Below the pieces are notes generated by a model. That model searched no databases, was not told the origin of the DNA, and was given only the letters and a program-made list of their open reading frames with translations. DNA of 64,000 nucleotides from Eledone cirrhosa. Its lineage: Eukaryota. Numbering within the stretch: position 1 is the stretch's first letter; every line of letters begins with the position of its first letter. Location: positions 435,054,001 through 435,118,000 of the forward strand of contig OZ024740.1 of the NCBI GenBank assembly GCA_964016885.1, given 5' to 3'. Made by a program: the position numbers and the translations under genes. Of the stretch, positions 35,745 to 47,900 are shown piece after piece.

Positions 35745-35980
35745 TTGTCGACTCTGTAAAGTGGCAGTGCTGGTGCCATGACAAAAAGCATCCATGTTAC
35801 ACACTAAGATGGTAAATCATCTGGACTACCCTGTAGTGTGGTCATGCTGGGGTCAGGATAAAATGCTCCCAGTACACTCTGTAAAGTAGTTGGTGTTAGG
35901 AGGATACCAAACCAAAAGTGGAGCCCATCTAACCCATGAAAACATAGAAAATAGACATTAAAGGATAATGATGGTGATTT
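35745..35980 (+). mobile_element. Decayed SINE-like repeat, same family as 36982-37190
   Basis: Shares GGTGCCAyGACAAAAAGCA, CCCAGyACwCwCTGTAAA..GTTGGTGTTAGGA and the CTAACCCATG...GACAT tail with TGA-like repeats with the copy at 36982-37190. Confidence 0.7.
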
Positions 35981-36109
35981 TATATATAAATACATACATA
36001 CCCACATATATACATACATACAACATACATACACATTTATTCACTGGTTAATTGCTGTTTTAATTATATAGGGAGTCAATTACCGTCATCATTAGATCAC
36101 CACCACCAT

Positions 36110-36162
36110 CACCAGTCATGTACTGGGGGTAATTTAATCAAGTAACCCCCCTCCCTCCCCAG
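36110..36162 (+). mobile_element. 3' remnant of the tRNA-derived SINE family seen at 62388-62575
   Basis: ACCAGTCATGTACTGGGGGTAATTTAATCAAGTAACCCCCCTCCC aligns by eye to ACCAGTAATACACTGGGGTCGATTTAATCAACTTTCCCCGCCCC at 62524-62568. Confidence 0.6.
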
Positions 36163-36555
36163 AGTCTGTGATTATCTAACAATATATTACGTATTAAAGT
36201 CCTTACATTATATCAATGTGACACATACGCACACATGGAAGTGAGATACATACACATGGATATAAAACACTGTCTCTCTCTCACACACTACCCCCATGTT
36301 CATTTACTAAAAGCTGAAACTATGTAACTTTACCAAACTTCTACACAATATCTGTGAGAAGTATTCAACAATAAGACAGCTTTATTTAGGTTTTGAGTGA
36401 GAAATTCCCAGGAAATGTAAATTTATGATATTATGTTTTTTTGTTTATACATAAATGTGTAGAAGTCTTGTCTAAACTCTACTTCGGTATTGAGTACTCT
36501 TTTCTCTCAGCTGTCACTACATACATCATCATCATATACATATATATATATATAT

Positions 36556-36745
36556 TTATTAAAAATAACAGATTAAAGTTTAAGCAAAGAATCGCTGCTT
36601 TCACCCTTAACGGGATCTTCTGAAACTAAAAAAGTCAATCTGTGAACGCAGAAGTGAATATTTCAAAAAACGGTTCTTATATATTTGATATATATTTATC
36701 CTTATCGAGCCCTCTTTGGATTTTAGTCTTCTAATTTATTATTAT

Positions 36746-36748
<3 letters not shown>
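36556..36748 (-). mobile_element. ~190-bp insert flanked by (TA)n, carrying a hammerhead-like motif (possible Penelope-like/retrozyme remnant)
   Basis: (TA)n on both sides; several CpGs; shares two motifs in the same order with 37210-37410: GCTG..TTCACC...TCTTC and CCTTATCGAGyCCT. Confidence 0.45.
36577..36627 (-). ncRNA. Type I hammerhead-ribozyme-like fold, probably mutated or inactive
   Basis: Minus strand reads AGUUU-CAGAAGA-U-CCC[GUUAA]GGG-U-GAA-AGCAG[CGAUUCU]UUGCU-U-AAACU. Stem I AGUUU/AAACU, stem II CCC/GGG, stem III AGCAG/UUGCU, GAAA box, CUU triplet. Departures from consensus: CAGAAGA instead of CUGANGA, and U.U at the base of stem II. Confidence 0.5.
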
Positions 36749-36827
<79 letters not shown>

Positions 36828-36841
36828 GTATGTATGTATAT
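36749..36841. repeat. (TA)n / (TATG)n microsatellite
   Basis: Directly visible; source of the IYIY-type spurious ORF. Confidence 0.97.
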
Positions 36842-36842
36842 C

Positions 36843-36945
36843 GAAAGGTTGTGAGTTCAATTCTTGGACCAGGTGATGTGTTGTTTCCTTGAGCAAGACA
36901 CTTTATTTCACATTGCTCCAGTTTACTCAGCTGTAGAAATGAGAT
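36843..36945 (+). mobile_element. 5'-truncated tRNA-derived SINE with CORE (MIR-like) domain
   Basis: Pol III B-box-like GAGTTCAATTC followed by CCTTGAGCAAGACACTTTATTTCACATTGCTCCAGTTTACTCAGCTGTAGAAATGAG, resembling the CORE consensus as recalled (CCTTGGGCAAGTCACTT...CAGTTTCCTCATCTGTAAAATGGG). Confidence 0.7.
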
Positions 36946-36981
36946 GATAGGGACTGGGGTCCCTATCATTCCACTGCAAAC

Positions 36982-37190
36982 TGGTCGTGGAGGTGCCACG
37001 ACAAAAAAGCACCCAGCACTCACTGTAAATGAGGTTGGTGTTAGGAAGGGCATCCAGCTGTAGAAATCAAGCCAGAATCAGTTTCTGTATGAGCAAGACA
37101 AGGTCAGCCGACTGGACACTGCCCACAACAGCACAACCTGTCTAACCCATGCTAGCATGGAAGAACGGACATAAAACGGTGATGATGATA
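36982..37190 (+). mobile_element. SINE-like repeat body and 3' tail ending in TGA repeats
   Basis: GGTTGGTGTTAGGAAGGGCATCCAGCTGTAGAAA block and CTAACCCATGCTAGCATGGAAGAACGGACATAAAACGGTGATGATGA tail; related fragments at 35613, 35745 and 62028. Confidence 0.75.
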
Positions 37191-37209
37191 TATATATATA
37201 TATATATAT

Positions 37210-37408
37210 CAAGGCTTGATTGGTTTTTTCGTTGCTTTGGTATCATGTGGCTGGGTTCACCGGTCACAGTCTTCAATTTGTCAAGCTACTAATGTATATT
37301 ATTACTCTAAGGTGACACAGCCTTATCGAGTCCTTTGCTGCACATTCCTAATTATATATATCGTTAGTTTGGCTACTGCCAAAACTTTGATTTTACTAAA
37401 CTTCCATT

Positions 37409-37410
<2 letters not shown>
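37210..37410 (-). mobile_element. Second ~200-bp (TA)n-flanked insert related to 36556-36748
   Basis: (TA)n on both sides; GCTGGGTTCACCGGTCACAGTCTTCAA (37250-37276) and CCTTATCGAGTCCT (37321-37334) parallel the motifs at 36594-36622 and 36700-36713. Confidence 0.4.
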
Positions 37411-37458
<48 letters not shown>

Positions 37459-37547
37459 TAAATATATTTATATATAAATATATCTATATATATATATATA
37501 TAAATATAAATATAAATATATATAAATATATATATATATATAAATAA
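37411..37547. repeat. (TA)n / (TAAATA)n low-complexity tract
   Basis: Directly visible. Confidence 0.97.
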
Positions 37548-37853
37548 TTACCGTTTTAGTTATTTTAATATATCTTAACATCTAATGACATGTTTTTAGT
37601 AGGAAAAATATGATTTACTGCATTTGGCCATTTGACAAACAAGACCTTGCCACTGATATAACATGAGTTAAGGTCAATAAATAGGCCAGGCAATTCTGAA
37701 GGTCAGTTATTTAATGAGGCTTGAACAATTAAGATTAATTAATGGGCCTTGAGAAAAGAAAAATATGTACGTGGTAAAAAAGTGTTTTGTTGTCAAACAA
37801 GTTAGTGTGAATTGATTTATTCTAACATAGTCCAGTGTGTTGAGACATGTTAA

Positions 37854-38078
37854 CCCGTTGTTACCAGCCTGACCAAAACCTGCTCTGGTTCTATGAAATA
37901 AAACCACCCATTTTAATGATTTCCAATTTAAATTAAAATCTTCCAACATAATTTTATATAAGAACCTTATATTAAGTTACTATCTCACTAATGAAATAAT
38001 AATTTTAGTAAATCCCTCAAAATTTTTCATTAATTAATTAAAATAGAGTATTTCATTAGAAATGTGGCCATCAACGGG
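37854..38078. mobile_element. piggyBac-like MITE (225 bp), both ends present
   Basis: TTAA|CCCGTTG ... CAACGGG|TTAA: TTAA target-site duplication at 37850-37853 and 38079-38082, CCC/GGG termini, AT-rich non-coding interior. Confidence 0.85.
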
Positions 38079-38136
38079 TTAACCTAAAGATTTAGGATAT
38101 TAAATATTATTACAACCTCTTTTAAAGATTGTATAA

Positions 38137-38430
38137 GAGCTGCTACTTTCCTGAATTGAGAAATCACAACTGTGATACTACGGGCATGTGGTTAGAATGT
38201 CTCAAGAAAGAATCACTGGACAGATTTTATGGGCAAAACTAACTGGCAGGAGATCCAGGAGTAGACCCTGAGCAAGATAGTTGGATAACATCTATGAGGT
38301 TGGCTGGTTACACTTGGCGATCCAGCTGTATCAATTGGAGATGGTTGCTTCTGACAGGACCCACTAGAATGAGTGTTTGAGGACTGTTGTCACCCATGAC
38401 CAAGTGGGAAAAGTAGTATACAAGTGATGC
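38137..38430 (+). pseudogene. 3' end of an RTE-clade (Expander/Rex3-like) LINE ORF, disabled
   Basis: Manual translation: ELLLS*IEKSQL*YYGHVVRMSQERITGQILWAKLTGRRSRSRP*AR*LDNIYEVGWLHLAIQLYQLEMVASDRTH*NECLRT. Matches the RTE C-terminal signature QLRW.GH..RM / GRR.RGRPR.RW.D. Stops fall at expected Arg (CGA>TGA) and Trp (TGG>TAG) positions. Confidence 0.9.
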
Positions 38431-38780
38431 TGCTGCAGTGAACAGATTTAGTGTCTACATAGAAGCAACCATATTTGGCTGCACATCGGAATATCTTTTA
38501 GTCAATGCAATCAATTGAAGTATGTTACATTACTGTTCCCTGAAATGTTACGCAGTGAATCAGATAAAATATACCAACTCAATATCATGTAGAATCTCTA
38601 ACCAACTTCTAAAATACTCTGTAAATACCAATCTATTTTAAAGTCACTGATAGCAATATAACAATAAGTTCCATATCACAGTGAAGAAGATCTATTTACA
38701 TAGAACACATATAGAAAAACTATCATAGTAACCCTTCCCTCTGCTGTAGTAGGGGGAAAGTCAGTTGTAACACTGTTAAA

Positions 38781-38948
38781 CCCTTTTGATACCAACCTGC
38801 CCCCAAACCAGCTCTGGTTCTATAAAATAAAGCAACTTATTTTAAAGGGTTTGTATTTAAATAGAAATCTCCCAACATAATTTTGTTTCATAGCCATATG
38901 TTAAATTACTATTTTAGTTATGAGATAATTTTAGTAAATTTTAGTAAA
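38781..38948. mobile_element. Truncated copy of the 37854 MITE family, right end replaced by satellite B
   Basis: Begins TTAAA|CCCTTTTGATACCAACCTG; collinear blocks with the 37854 copy (GCTCTGGTTCTAT.AAATAAA, CCAACATAATTTT, ATAATTTTAGTAAAT); no right terminal repeat before the array starts. Confidence 0.8.
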
Positions 38949-38949
38949 A

Positions 38950-41900
38950 ACCACCAACCCTTTCAGACATCCCAATATAGACCACCAAACCTTTTAGACA
39001 CCCCAATATAGTCCACCAACCCTTTTAGACACCCCAATATAGACCACCAACTCTTTTAGACACCCCAATATAGACCACCAACTCTTTTAGACACCCCAAT
39101 ATAGACCACCAACCCTTTCAGACATCCCATTATAGACCACCAAACCTTTTAGACACCCCAATATAGTCCACCAACCCTTTTAGACACCCCAATATAGACC
39201 ACCAACTCTTTTAGACACCCCAATATAGACCACCAACCCTTTCAGACATCCCAATATAGACCACCAAACCTTTTAGACACCCCAATATAGTCCACCAACC
39301 CTTTTAGACACCCCAATATAGACCACCAACTCTTTTAGACACCCCAATATAGACCACCAAACCTTTTAGACACCCCAATATAGACCACCAACTCTTTTAG
39401 ACACCCCAATATAGACCACCAACCCTTTCAGACATCCCAATATAGACCACCAAACCTTTTAGACACCCCAATATAGTCCACCAACCCTTTTAGACACCCC
39501 AATATAGACCACCAACTCTTTTAGACACCCCAATATAGACCACCAAACCTTTTAGACACCCCAATATAGACCACCAACTCTTTTAGACACCCCAATATAG
39601 ACCACCAACCCTTTTAGACACCCCAATATAGACCACCAACTCTTTTAGACACCCCAATATAGACCACCAACCCTTTTAGACACCCCAATATAGACCACCA
39701 ACTCTTTTAGACACCCCAATATAGTCCACCAACCCTTTTAGACACCCCAATATAGTCCACCAACCCTTTTAGACACCCCAATATAGACCACCAACTCTTT
39801 TAGACACCCCAATATAGACCACCAAACCTTTTAGACACCCCAATATAGACCACCAACTCTTTTAGACACCCCAATATAGACCACCAACCCTTTTAGACAC
39901 CCCAATATAGACCACCAACTCTTTTAGACACCCCAATATAGACCACCAACCCTTTTAGACACCCCAATATAGACCACCAACCCTTTTAGACACCCCAATA
40001 TAGACCACCAACTCTTTTAGACACCCCAATATAGACCACCAACTCTTTTAGACACCCCAATATAGACCACCAACCCTTTTAGACACCCCAATATAGACCA
40101 CCAACTCTTTTAGACACCCCAATATAGACCACCAACTCTTTTAGACACCCCAATATAGTCCACCAACCCTTTTAGACACCCCAATATAGTCCAACAACCC
40201 TTTTAGACACCCCAATATAGTCCACCAACCCTTTTAGACACCCCAATATAGTCCACCAACCCTTTTAGACACCCCAATATAGTCCACCAACCCTTTTAGA
40301 CACCCCAATATAGACCACCAACCCTTTTAGACACCCCAATATAGACCACCAACTCTTTTAGACACCCCAATATAGACCACCAACTCTTTTAGACACCCCA
40401 ATATAGACCACCAACCCTTTCAGACATCCCATTATAGACCACCAAACCTTTTAGACACCCCAATATAGTCCACCAACCCTTTTAGACACCCCAATATAGA
40501 CCACCAACCCTTTCAGACATCCCAATATAGACCACCAAACCTTTTAGACACCCCAATATAGTCCATCAACCCTTTCAGACATCCCAATATAGACCACCAA
40601 CCCTTTCAGACATCCCAATATAGACCACCAAACCTTTTAGACACACCAATATAGTCCACCAAACCTTTTAGACACCCCAATATAGTCCACCAACCCTTTT
40701 AGACACCCCAATATAGACCACCAACCCTTTCAGACATCCCAATATAGACCACCAAACCTTTTAGACACCCCAATATAGTCCACCAAACCTTTTAGACACC
40801 CCAATATAGTCCACCAACCCTTTCAGACATCCCATTATAGACCACCAAACCTTTTAGACACCCCAATATAGACCACCAACCCTTTTAGACACCCCAATAT
40901 AGACCACCAACTCTTTTAGACACCCCAATATAGACCACCAAACCTTTTGACATCCCATTATAGACCACCAAACCTTTTAGACACCCCAATATAGTCCACC
41001 AACCCTTTTAGACACCCCAATATAGACCACCAAACCTTTTAGACATCCCAATATAAACCACCAACCCTTTCAGACATCCCAATATAGTCCACCAACCCTT
41101 TTAGACACCCCAATATAGACCGCCAACTCTTGTAGACACACCAATATAGACCACCAAACCTTTTAGACACCCCAATATAGTCCACCAACCCTTTCAGACA
41201 TCCCAATATAGACCACCAACTCTTTTAGACACCCCAATATAGACCACCAACCCTTTCAGACATCCCATTATAGACCACCAAACCTTTTAGACACCCCAAT
41301 ATAGACCACCAACCCTTTTAGACACCCCAATATAGACCACCAACCCTTTTAGACACCCCAATATAGTCCACCAACTCTTTTAGACACCCCAATATAGACC
41401 ACCAACTCTTTTAGACACCCCAATATAGACCACCAACTCTTTTAGACACCCCAATATAGACCACCAACCCTTTCAGACACCCCAATATAGACCACCAACC
41501 CTTTTAGACACCCCAATATAGACCACCAACCCTTTTAGACACCCCAATATAGACCACCAACCCTTTTAGACACCCCAATATAGTCCACCAACCCTTTTAG
41601 ACACCCCAATATAGTCCACCAACCCTTTTAGACACCCCAATATAGACCACCAACTCTTTTAGACACCCCAATATAGACCACCAACCCTTTTAGACACCCC
41701 AATATAGACCACCAACTCTTTTAGACACCCCAATATAGACCACCAACCCTTTTAGACACCCCAATATAGTCCACCAACCCTTTTAGACACCCCAATATAG
41801 TCCACCAACCCTTTTAGACACCCCAATATAGTCCACCAACCCTTTTAGACACCCCAATATAGACCACCAACTCTTTTAGACACCCCAATATAGACCACCA

Positions 41901-44900
41901 ACCCTTTTAGACACCCCAATATAGACCACCAACTCTTTTAGACACCCCAATATAGTCCACCAACCCTTTTAGACACCCCAATATAGTCCACCAACCCTTT
42001 TAGACACCCCAATATAGACCACCAACTCTTTTAGACACCCCAATATAGACCACCAACTCTTTTAGACACCCCAATATAGACCACCAACCCTTTCAGACAT
42101 CCCATTATAGACCACCAAACCTTTTAGACACCCCAATATAGTCCACCAACCCTTTTAGACACCCCAATATAGACCACCAACCCTTTCAGACATCCCAATA
42201 TAGACCACCAAACCTTTTAGACACCCCAATATAGTCCACCAACCCTTTCAGACATCCCAATATAGACCACCAACCCTTTCAGACATCCCAATATAGACCA
42301 CCAAACCTTTTAGACACCCCAATATAGTCCACCAACCCTTTTAGACACCCAAATATAGACCACCAACCCTTTCAGACATCCCAATATAGACCACCAAACC
42401 TTTTAGACACCCCAATATAGTCCACCAAACCTTTTAGACACCCCAATATAGTCCACCAACCCTTTTAGACACCCCAATATAGACCACCAACCCTTTCAGA
42501 CATCCCAATATAGACCACCAAACCTTTTAGATACCCCAATATAGTCCACCAAACCTTTTAGACACCCCAATATAGTCCACCAACCCTTTTAGACACCCCA
42601 ATATAGACCACCAACCCTTTCAGACATCCCATTATAGACCACCAAACCTTTTAGACACCCCAATATAGACCACCAACCCTTTTAGACACCCCAATATAGA
42701 CCACCAACTCTTTTAGACACCCCAATATAGACCACCAAACCTTTTAGACACGCCAATATAGACCACCAACTCTTTTAGACATCCCAATATAGTCCACCAA
42801 CCCTTTTAGACACCCCAATATAGACCACCAAACCTTTTAGACACCCCAATATAGACCACCAACCCTTTTAGACATCCCAATATAGTCCACCAACCCTTTT
42901 AGACACCCCAATATAGACCACCAAACCTTTTAGACACCCCAATATAGTCCACCAACCCTTTTAGACACCCCAATATAGACCACCAAACCTTTTAGACACC
43001 CCAATATAGACCACCAACCCTTTTAGACATCCCAATATAGACCACCAACCCTTTTAGACACCCCAATATAGACCACCAACCCTTTTAGACATCCCAATAT
43101 AGACCACCAACCCTTTCAGACACCCCAATATAGACCACCAAACCTTTTAGACACCCCAATATAGTCCACCAACCCTTTCAGACATCCCAATATAGACCAC
43201 CAACTCTTTTAGACACCCCAATATAGACCACCAACTCTTTTAGACACCCCAATATAGACCACCAACCCTTTTAGACACCCCAATATAGACCACCAACCCT
43301 TTTAGACACCCCAATTTAGACCACCAACTCTTTTAGACACCCCAATATAGGCCACCAACCCTTTCAGACACCCCAACATAGACCACCAACCCTTTCAGAC
43401 ACCCCAATATAGACCACCAACCCTTTCAGACATCCCAATATAGTCCACCAACCCTTTTAGACACCCCAATATAGACCACCAACCCTTTCAGACATCCCAA
43501 TATAGACCACCAAACCTTTTAGACACCCCAATATAGTCCACCAACCCTTTTAGACACCCCAATATAGTCCAGCAACCCTTTTAGACACCCCAATATAGAC
43601 CACCAACTCTTTTAGACACCCCAATATAGACCACCAACCCTTTTAGACACCCCAATATAGACCACCAACCCTTTTAGACACCCCAATATAGACCACCAAC
43701 CCTTTCAGACACCCCAATATAGTCCACCAACCCTTTTAGACACCCCAATATAGACCACCAACCCTTTTAGACACCCCAATATAGACCACCAACCCTTTTA
43801 GACACCCCAATATAGACCACCAACTCTTTTAGACACCCCAATATAGACCACCAACTCTTTTAGACACCCCAATATAGACCACCAACCCTTTTAGACACCC
43901 CAATATAGACCACCAACCCTTTTAGACACCCCAATATAGTCCACCAACCCTTTTAGACACCCCAATATAGTCCACCAACCCTTTTAGACACCCCAATATA
44001 GACCACCAACTCTTTTAGACACCGCAATATAGACCACCAACTCTTTTAGACACCCCAATATAGACCACCAACCCTTTCAGACATCCCATTATAGACCACC
44101 AAACCTTTTAGACACCCCAATATAGTCCACCAACCCTTTTAGACACCCCAATATAGACCACCAACCCTTTCAGACATCCCAATATAAGCCACCAACCCTT
44201 TTAGACACCCCAATATAGACCACCAACTCTTTTAGACACCCCAATATAGACCACCAACCCTTTTAGACATCCCAATATAGACCACCAACCCTTTTAGACA
44301 CCCCAATATAGACCACCAACCCTTTTAGACATCCCAATATAGACCACCAACTCTTTTAGACACCCCAATATAGACCACCAAACCTTTTAGACATCCCATT
44401 ATAGACCACCAAACCTTTTAGACACCCCAATATAGTCCACCAACCCTTTTAGACACCCCAATATAGACCACCAACTCTTTTAGACACCCCAATATAGACC
44501 ACCAACTCTTTTAGACACCCCAATATAGACCACCAACCCTTTCAGACATCCCATTATAGACCACCAAACCTTTTAGACACCCCAATATAGTCCACCAACC
44601 CTTTTAGACACCCCAATATAGACCACCAACCCTTTCAGACATCCCAATATAGACCACCAAACCTTTTAGACACCCCAATATAGTCCATCAACCCTTTCAG
44701 ACATCCCAATATAGACCACCAACCCTTTCAGACATCCCAATATAGACCACCAAACCTTTTAGACACACCAATATAGTCCACCAAACCTTTTAGACACCCC
44801 AATATAGTCCACCAACCCTTTTAGACACCCCAATATAGACCACCAACCCTTTCAGACATCCCAATATAGACCACCAAACCTTTTAGACACCCCAATATAG

Positions 44901-47900
44901 TCCACCAAACCTTTTAGACACCCCAATATAGTCCACCAACCCTTTCAGACATCCCATTATAGACCACCAAACCTTTTAGACACCCCAATATAGACCACCA
45001 ACCCTTTTAGACACCCCAATATAGACCACCAACTCTTTTAGACACCCCAATATAGACCACCAAACCTTTTAGACATCCCATTATAGACCACCAAACCTTT
45101 TAGACACCCCAATATAGTCCACCAACCCTTTTAGACACCCCAATATAGACCACCAAACCTTTTAGACATCCCAATATAAACCACCAACCCTTTCAGACAT
45201 CCCAATATAGTCCACCAACCCTTTTAGACACCCCAATATAGACCGCCAACTCTTGTAGACACACCAATATAGACCACCAAACCTTTTAGACACCCCAATA
45301 TAGTCCACCAACCCTTTCAGACATCCCAATATAGACCACCAACTCTTTTAGACACCCCAATATAGACCACCAACCCTTTCAGACATCCCATTATAGACCA
45401 CCAAACCTTTTAGACACCCCAATATAGACCACCAACCCTTTTAGACACCCCAATATAGACCACCAACCCTTTTAGACACCCCAATATAGTCCACCAACTC
45501 TTTTAGACACCCCAATATAGACCACCAACTCTTTTAGACACCCCAATATAGACCACCAACTCTTTTAGACACCCCAATATAGACCACCAACCCTTTCAGA
45601 CACCCCAATATAGACCACCAACCCTTTTAGACACCCCAATATAGACCACCAACCCTTTTAGACACCCCAATATAGACCACCAACCCTTTTAGACACCCCA
45701 ATATAGTCCACCAACCCTTTTAGACACCCCAATATAGTCCACCAACCCTTTTAGACACCCCAATATAGACCACCAACTCTTTTAGACACCCCAATATAGA
45801 CCACCAACCCTTTTAGACACCCCAATATAGACCACCAACTCTTTTAGACACCCCAATATAGACCACCAACCGTTTTAGACACCCCAATATAGTCCACCAA
45901 CCCTTTTAGACACCCCAATATAGTCCACCAACCCTTTTAGACACCCCAATATAGTCCACCAACCCTTTTAGACACCCCAATATAGACCACCAACTCTTTT
46001 AGACACCCCAATATAGACCACCAACCCTTTTAGACAACCCAATATAGACCACCAACTCTTTTAGACACCCCAATATAGTCCACCAACCCTTTTAGACACC
46101 CCAATATAGACCACCAACTCTTTTAGACACACCAATATAGACCACCAACTCTTTTAGACACCCCAATATAGACCACCAACCCTTTCAGACATCCCATTAT
46201 AGACCACCAAACCTTTTAGAGACCCCAATATAGTCCACCAACCCTTTTAGACACCCCAATATAGACCACCAAACCTTTCAGACATCCCAATATAGACCAC
46301 CAAACCTTTTAGACACCCCAATATAGTCCACCAACCCTTTCAGACATCCCAATATAGACCACCAAACCTTTTAGACACCCCAATATAGTCCACCAACCCT
46401 TTTAGACACCCAAATATAGACCACCAACCCTTTCAGACATCCCAATATAGACCACCAAACCTTTTAGACACCCCAATATAGTCCACCAAACCTTTTAGAC
46501 ACCCCAATATAGTCCACCAACCCTTTTAGACACCCCAATATAGACCACCAACCCTTTCAGACATCCCAATATAGACCACCAAACCTTTTAGATACCCCAA
46601 TATAGTCCACCAAACCTTTTAGACACCCCAATATAGTCCACCAACCCTTTTAGACACCCCAATATAGACCACCAACCCTTTCAGACATCCCATTATAGAC
46701 CACCAAACCTTTTAGACACCCCAATATAGACCACCAACCCTTTTAGACACCCCAATATAGACCACCAACTCTTTTAGACACCCCAATATAGACCACCAAA
46801 CCTTTTAGACACCCCAATATAGACCACCAACTCTTTTAGACATCCCAATATAGTCCACCAACCCTTTTAGACACCCCAATATAGACCACCAAACCTTTTA
46901 GACACCCCAATATAGACCACCAACCCTTTTAGACATCCCAATATAGTCCACCAACCCTTTTAGACACCCCAATATAGACCACCAAACCTTTTAGACACCC
47001 CAATATAGTCCACCAACCCTTTTAGACACCCCAATATAGACCACCAAACCTTTTAGACACCCCAATATAGACCACCAACCCTTTTAGACATCCCAATATA
47101 GACCACCAACCCTTTTAGACACCCCAATATAGACCACCAACCCTTTTAGACATCCCAATATAGACCACCAACCCTTTCAGACATCGCAATATAGTCCACC
47201 AACCCTTTTAGACACCCCAATATAGACCACCAACTCTTTTAGACACCCCAATATAGACCACCAAACCTTTTAGACACCCCAATATAGTCCACCAACCCTT
47301 TCAGACATCCCAATATAGACCACCAACTCTTTTAGACACCCCAATATAGACAACCAACTCTTTTAGACACCCCAATATAGACCACCAACCCTTTTAGACA
47401 CCCCAATATAGACCACCAACCCTTTTAGACACCCCAATTTAGACCACCAACTCTTTTAGACACCCCAATATAGACCACCAACCCTTTCAGACACCCCAAC
47501 ATAGACCACCAACCCTTTCAGACACCCCAATATAGACCACCAACCCTTTCAGACATCCCAATATAGTCCACCAAACCTTTTAGACACCCCAATATAGACC
47601 ACCAACCCTTTTAGACATCCCAATATAGTCCACCAACCCTTTTAGACACCCCAATATAGACCACCAAACCTTTTAGACACCCCAATATAGTCCACCAACC
47701 CTTTTAGACACCCCAATATAGACCACCAAACCTTTTAGACACCCCAATATAGACCACCAACCCTTTCAGACATCCCAATATAGACCACCAAACCTTTTAG
47801 ATACCCCAATATAGTCCACCAAACCTTTTAGACACCCCAATATAGTCCACCAACCCTTTTAGACACCCCAATATAGACCACCAACCCTTTCAGACACCCC

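Noticed and set aside
36573-36619. Possible minus-strand terminal exon (xDPVKGESSDSLLKL*) after TTTTTTAGTTTCAG, with AATAAA nearby
   Set aside because: No upstream partner exon was found, and the same bases are better explained by the hammerhead fold in a TA-flanked insert with a relative at 37210. Not formally excluded without RNA data.
35616-37949. Short ORFs of 60-101 aa in the first unique island
   Set aside because: They overlap SINE, MITE and microsatellite sequence, include IYIY or MYV low-complexity runs, and show no recognisable domain.
38575-38618. Possible minus-strand mini-exon (YFRSWLEILHDIEL)
   Set aside because: Weak donor (GTATAT), no recognisable homology and no supporting neighbour exons.
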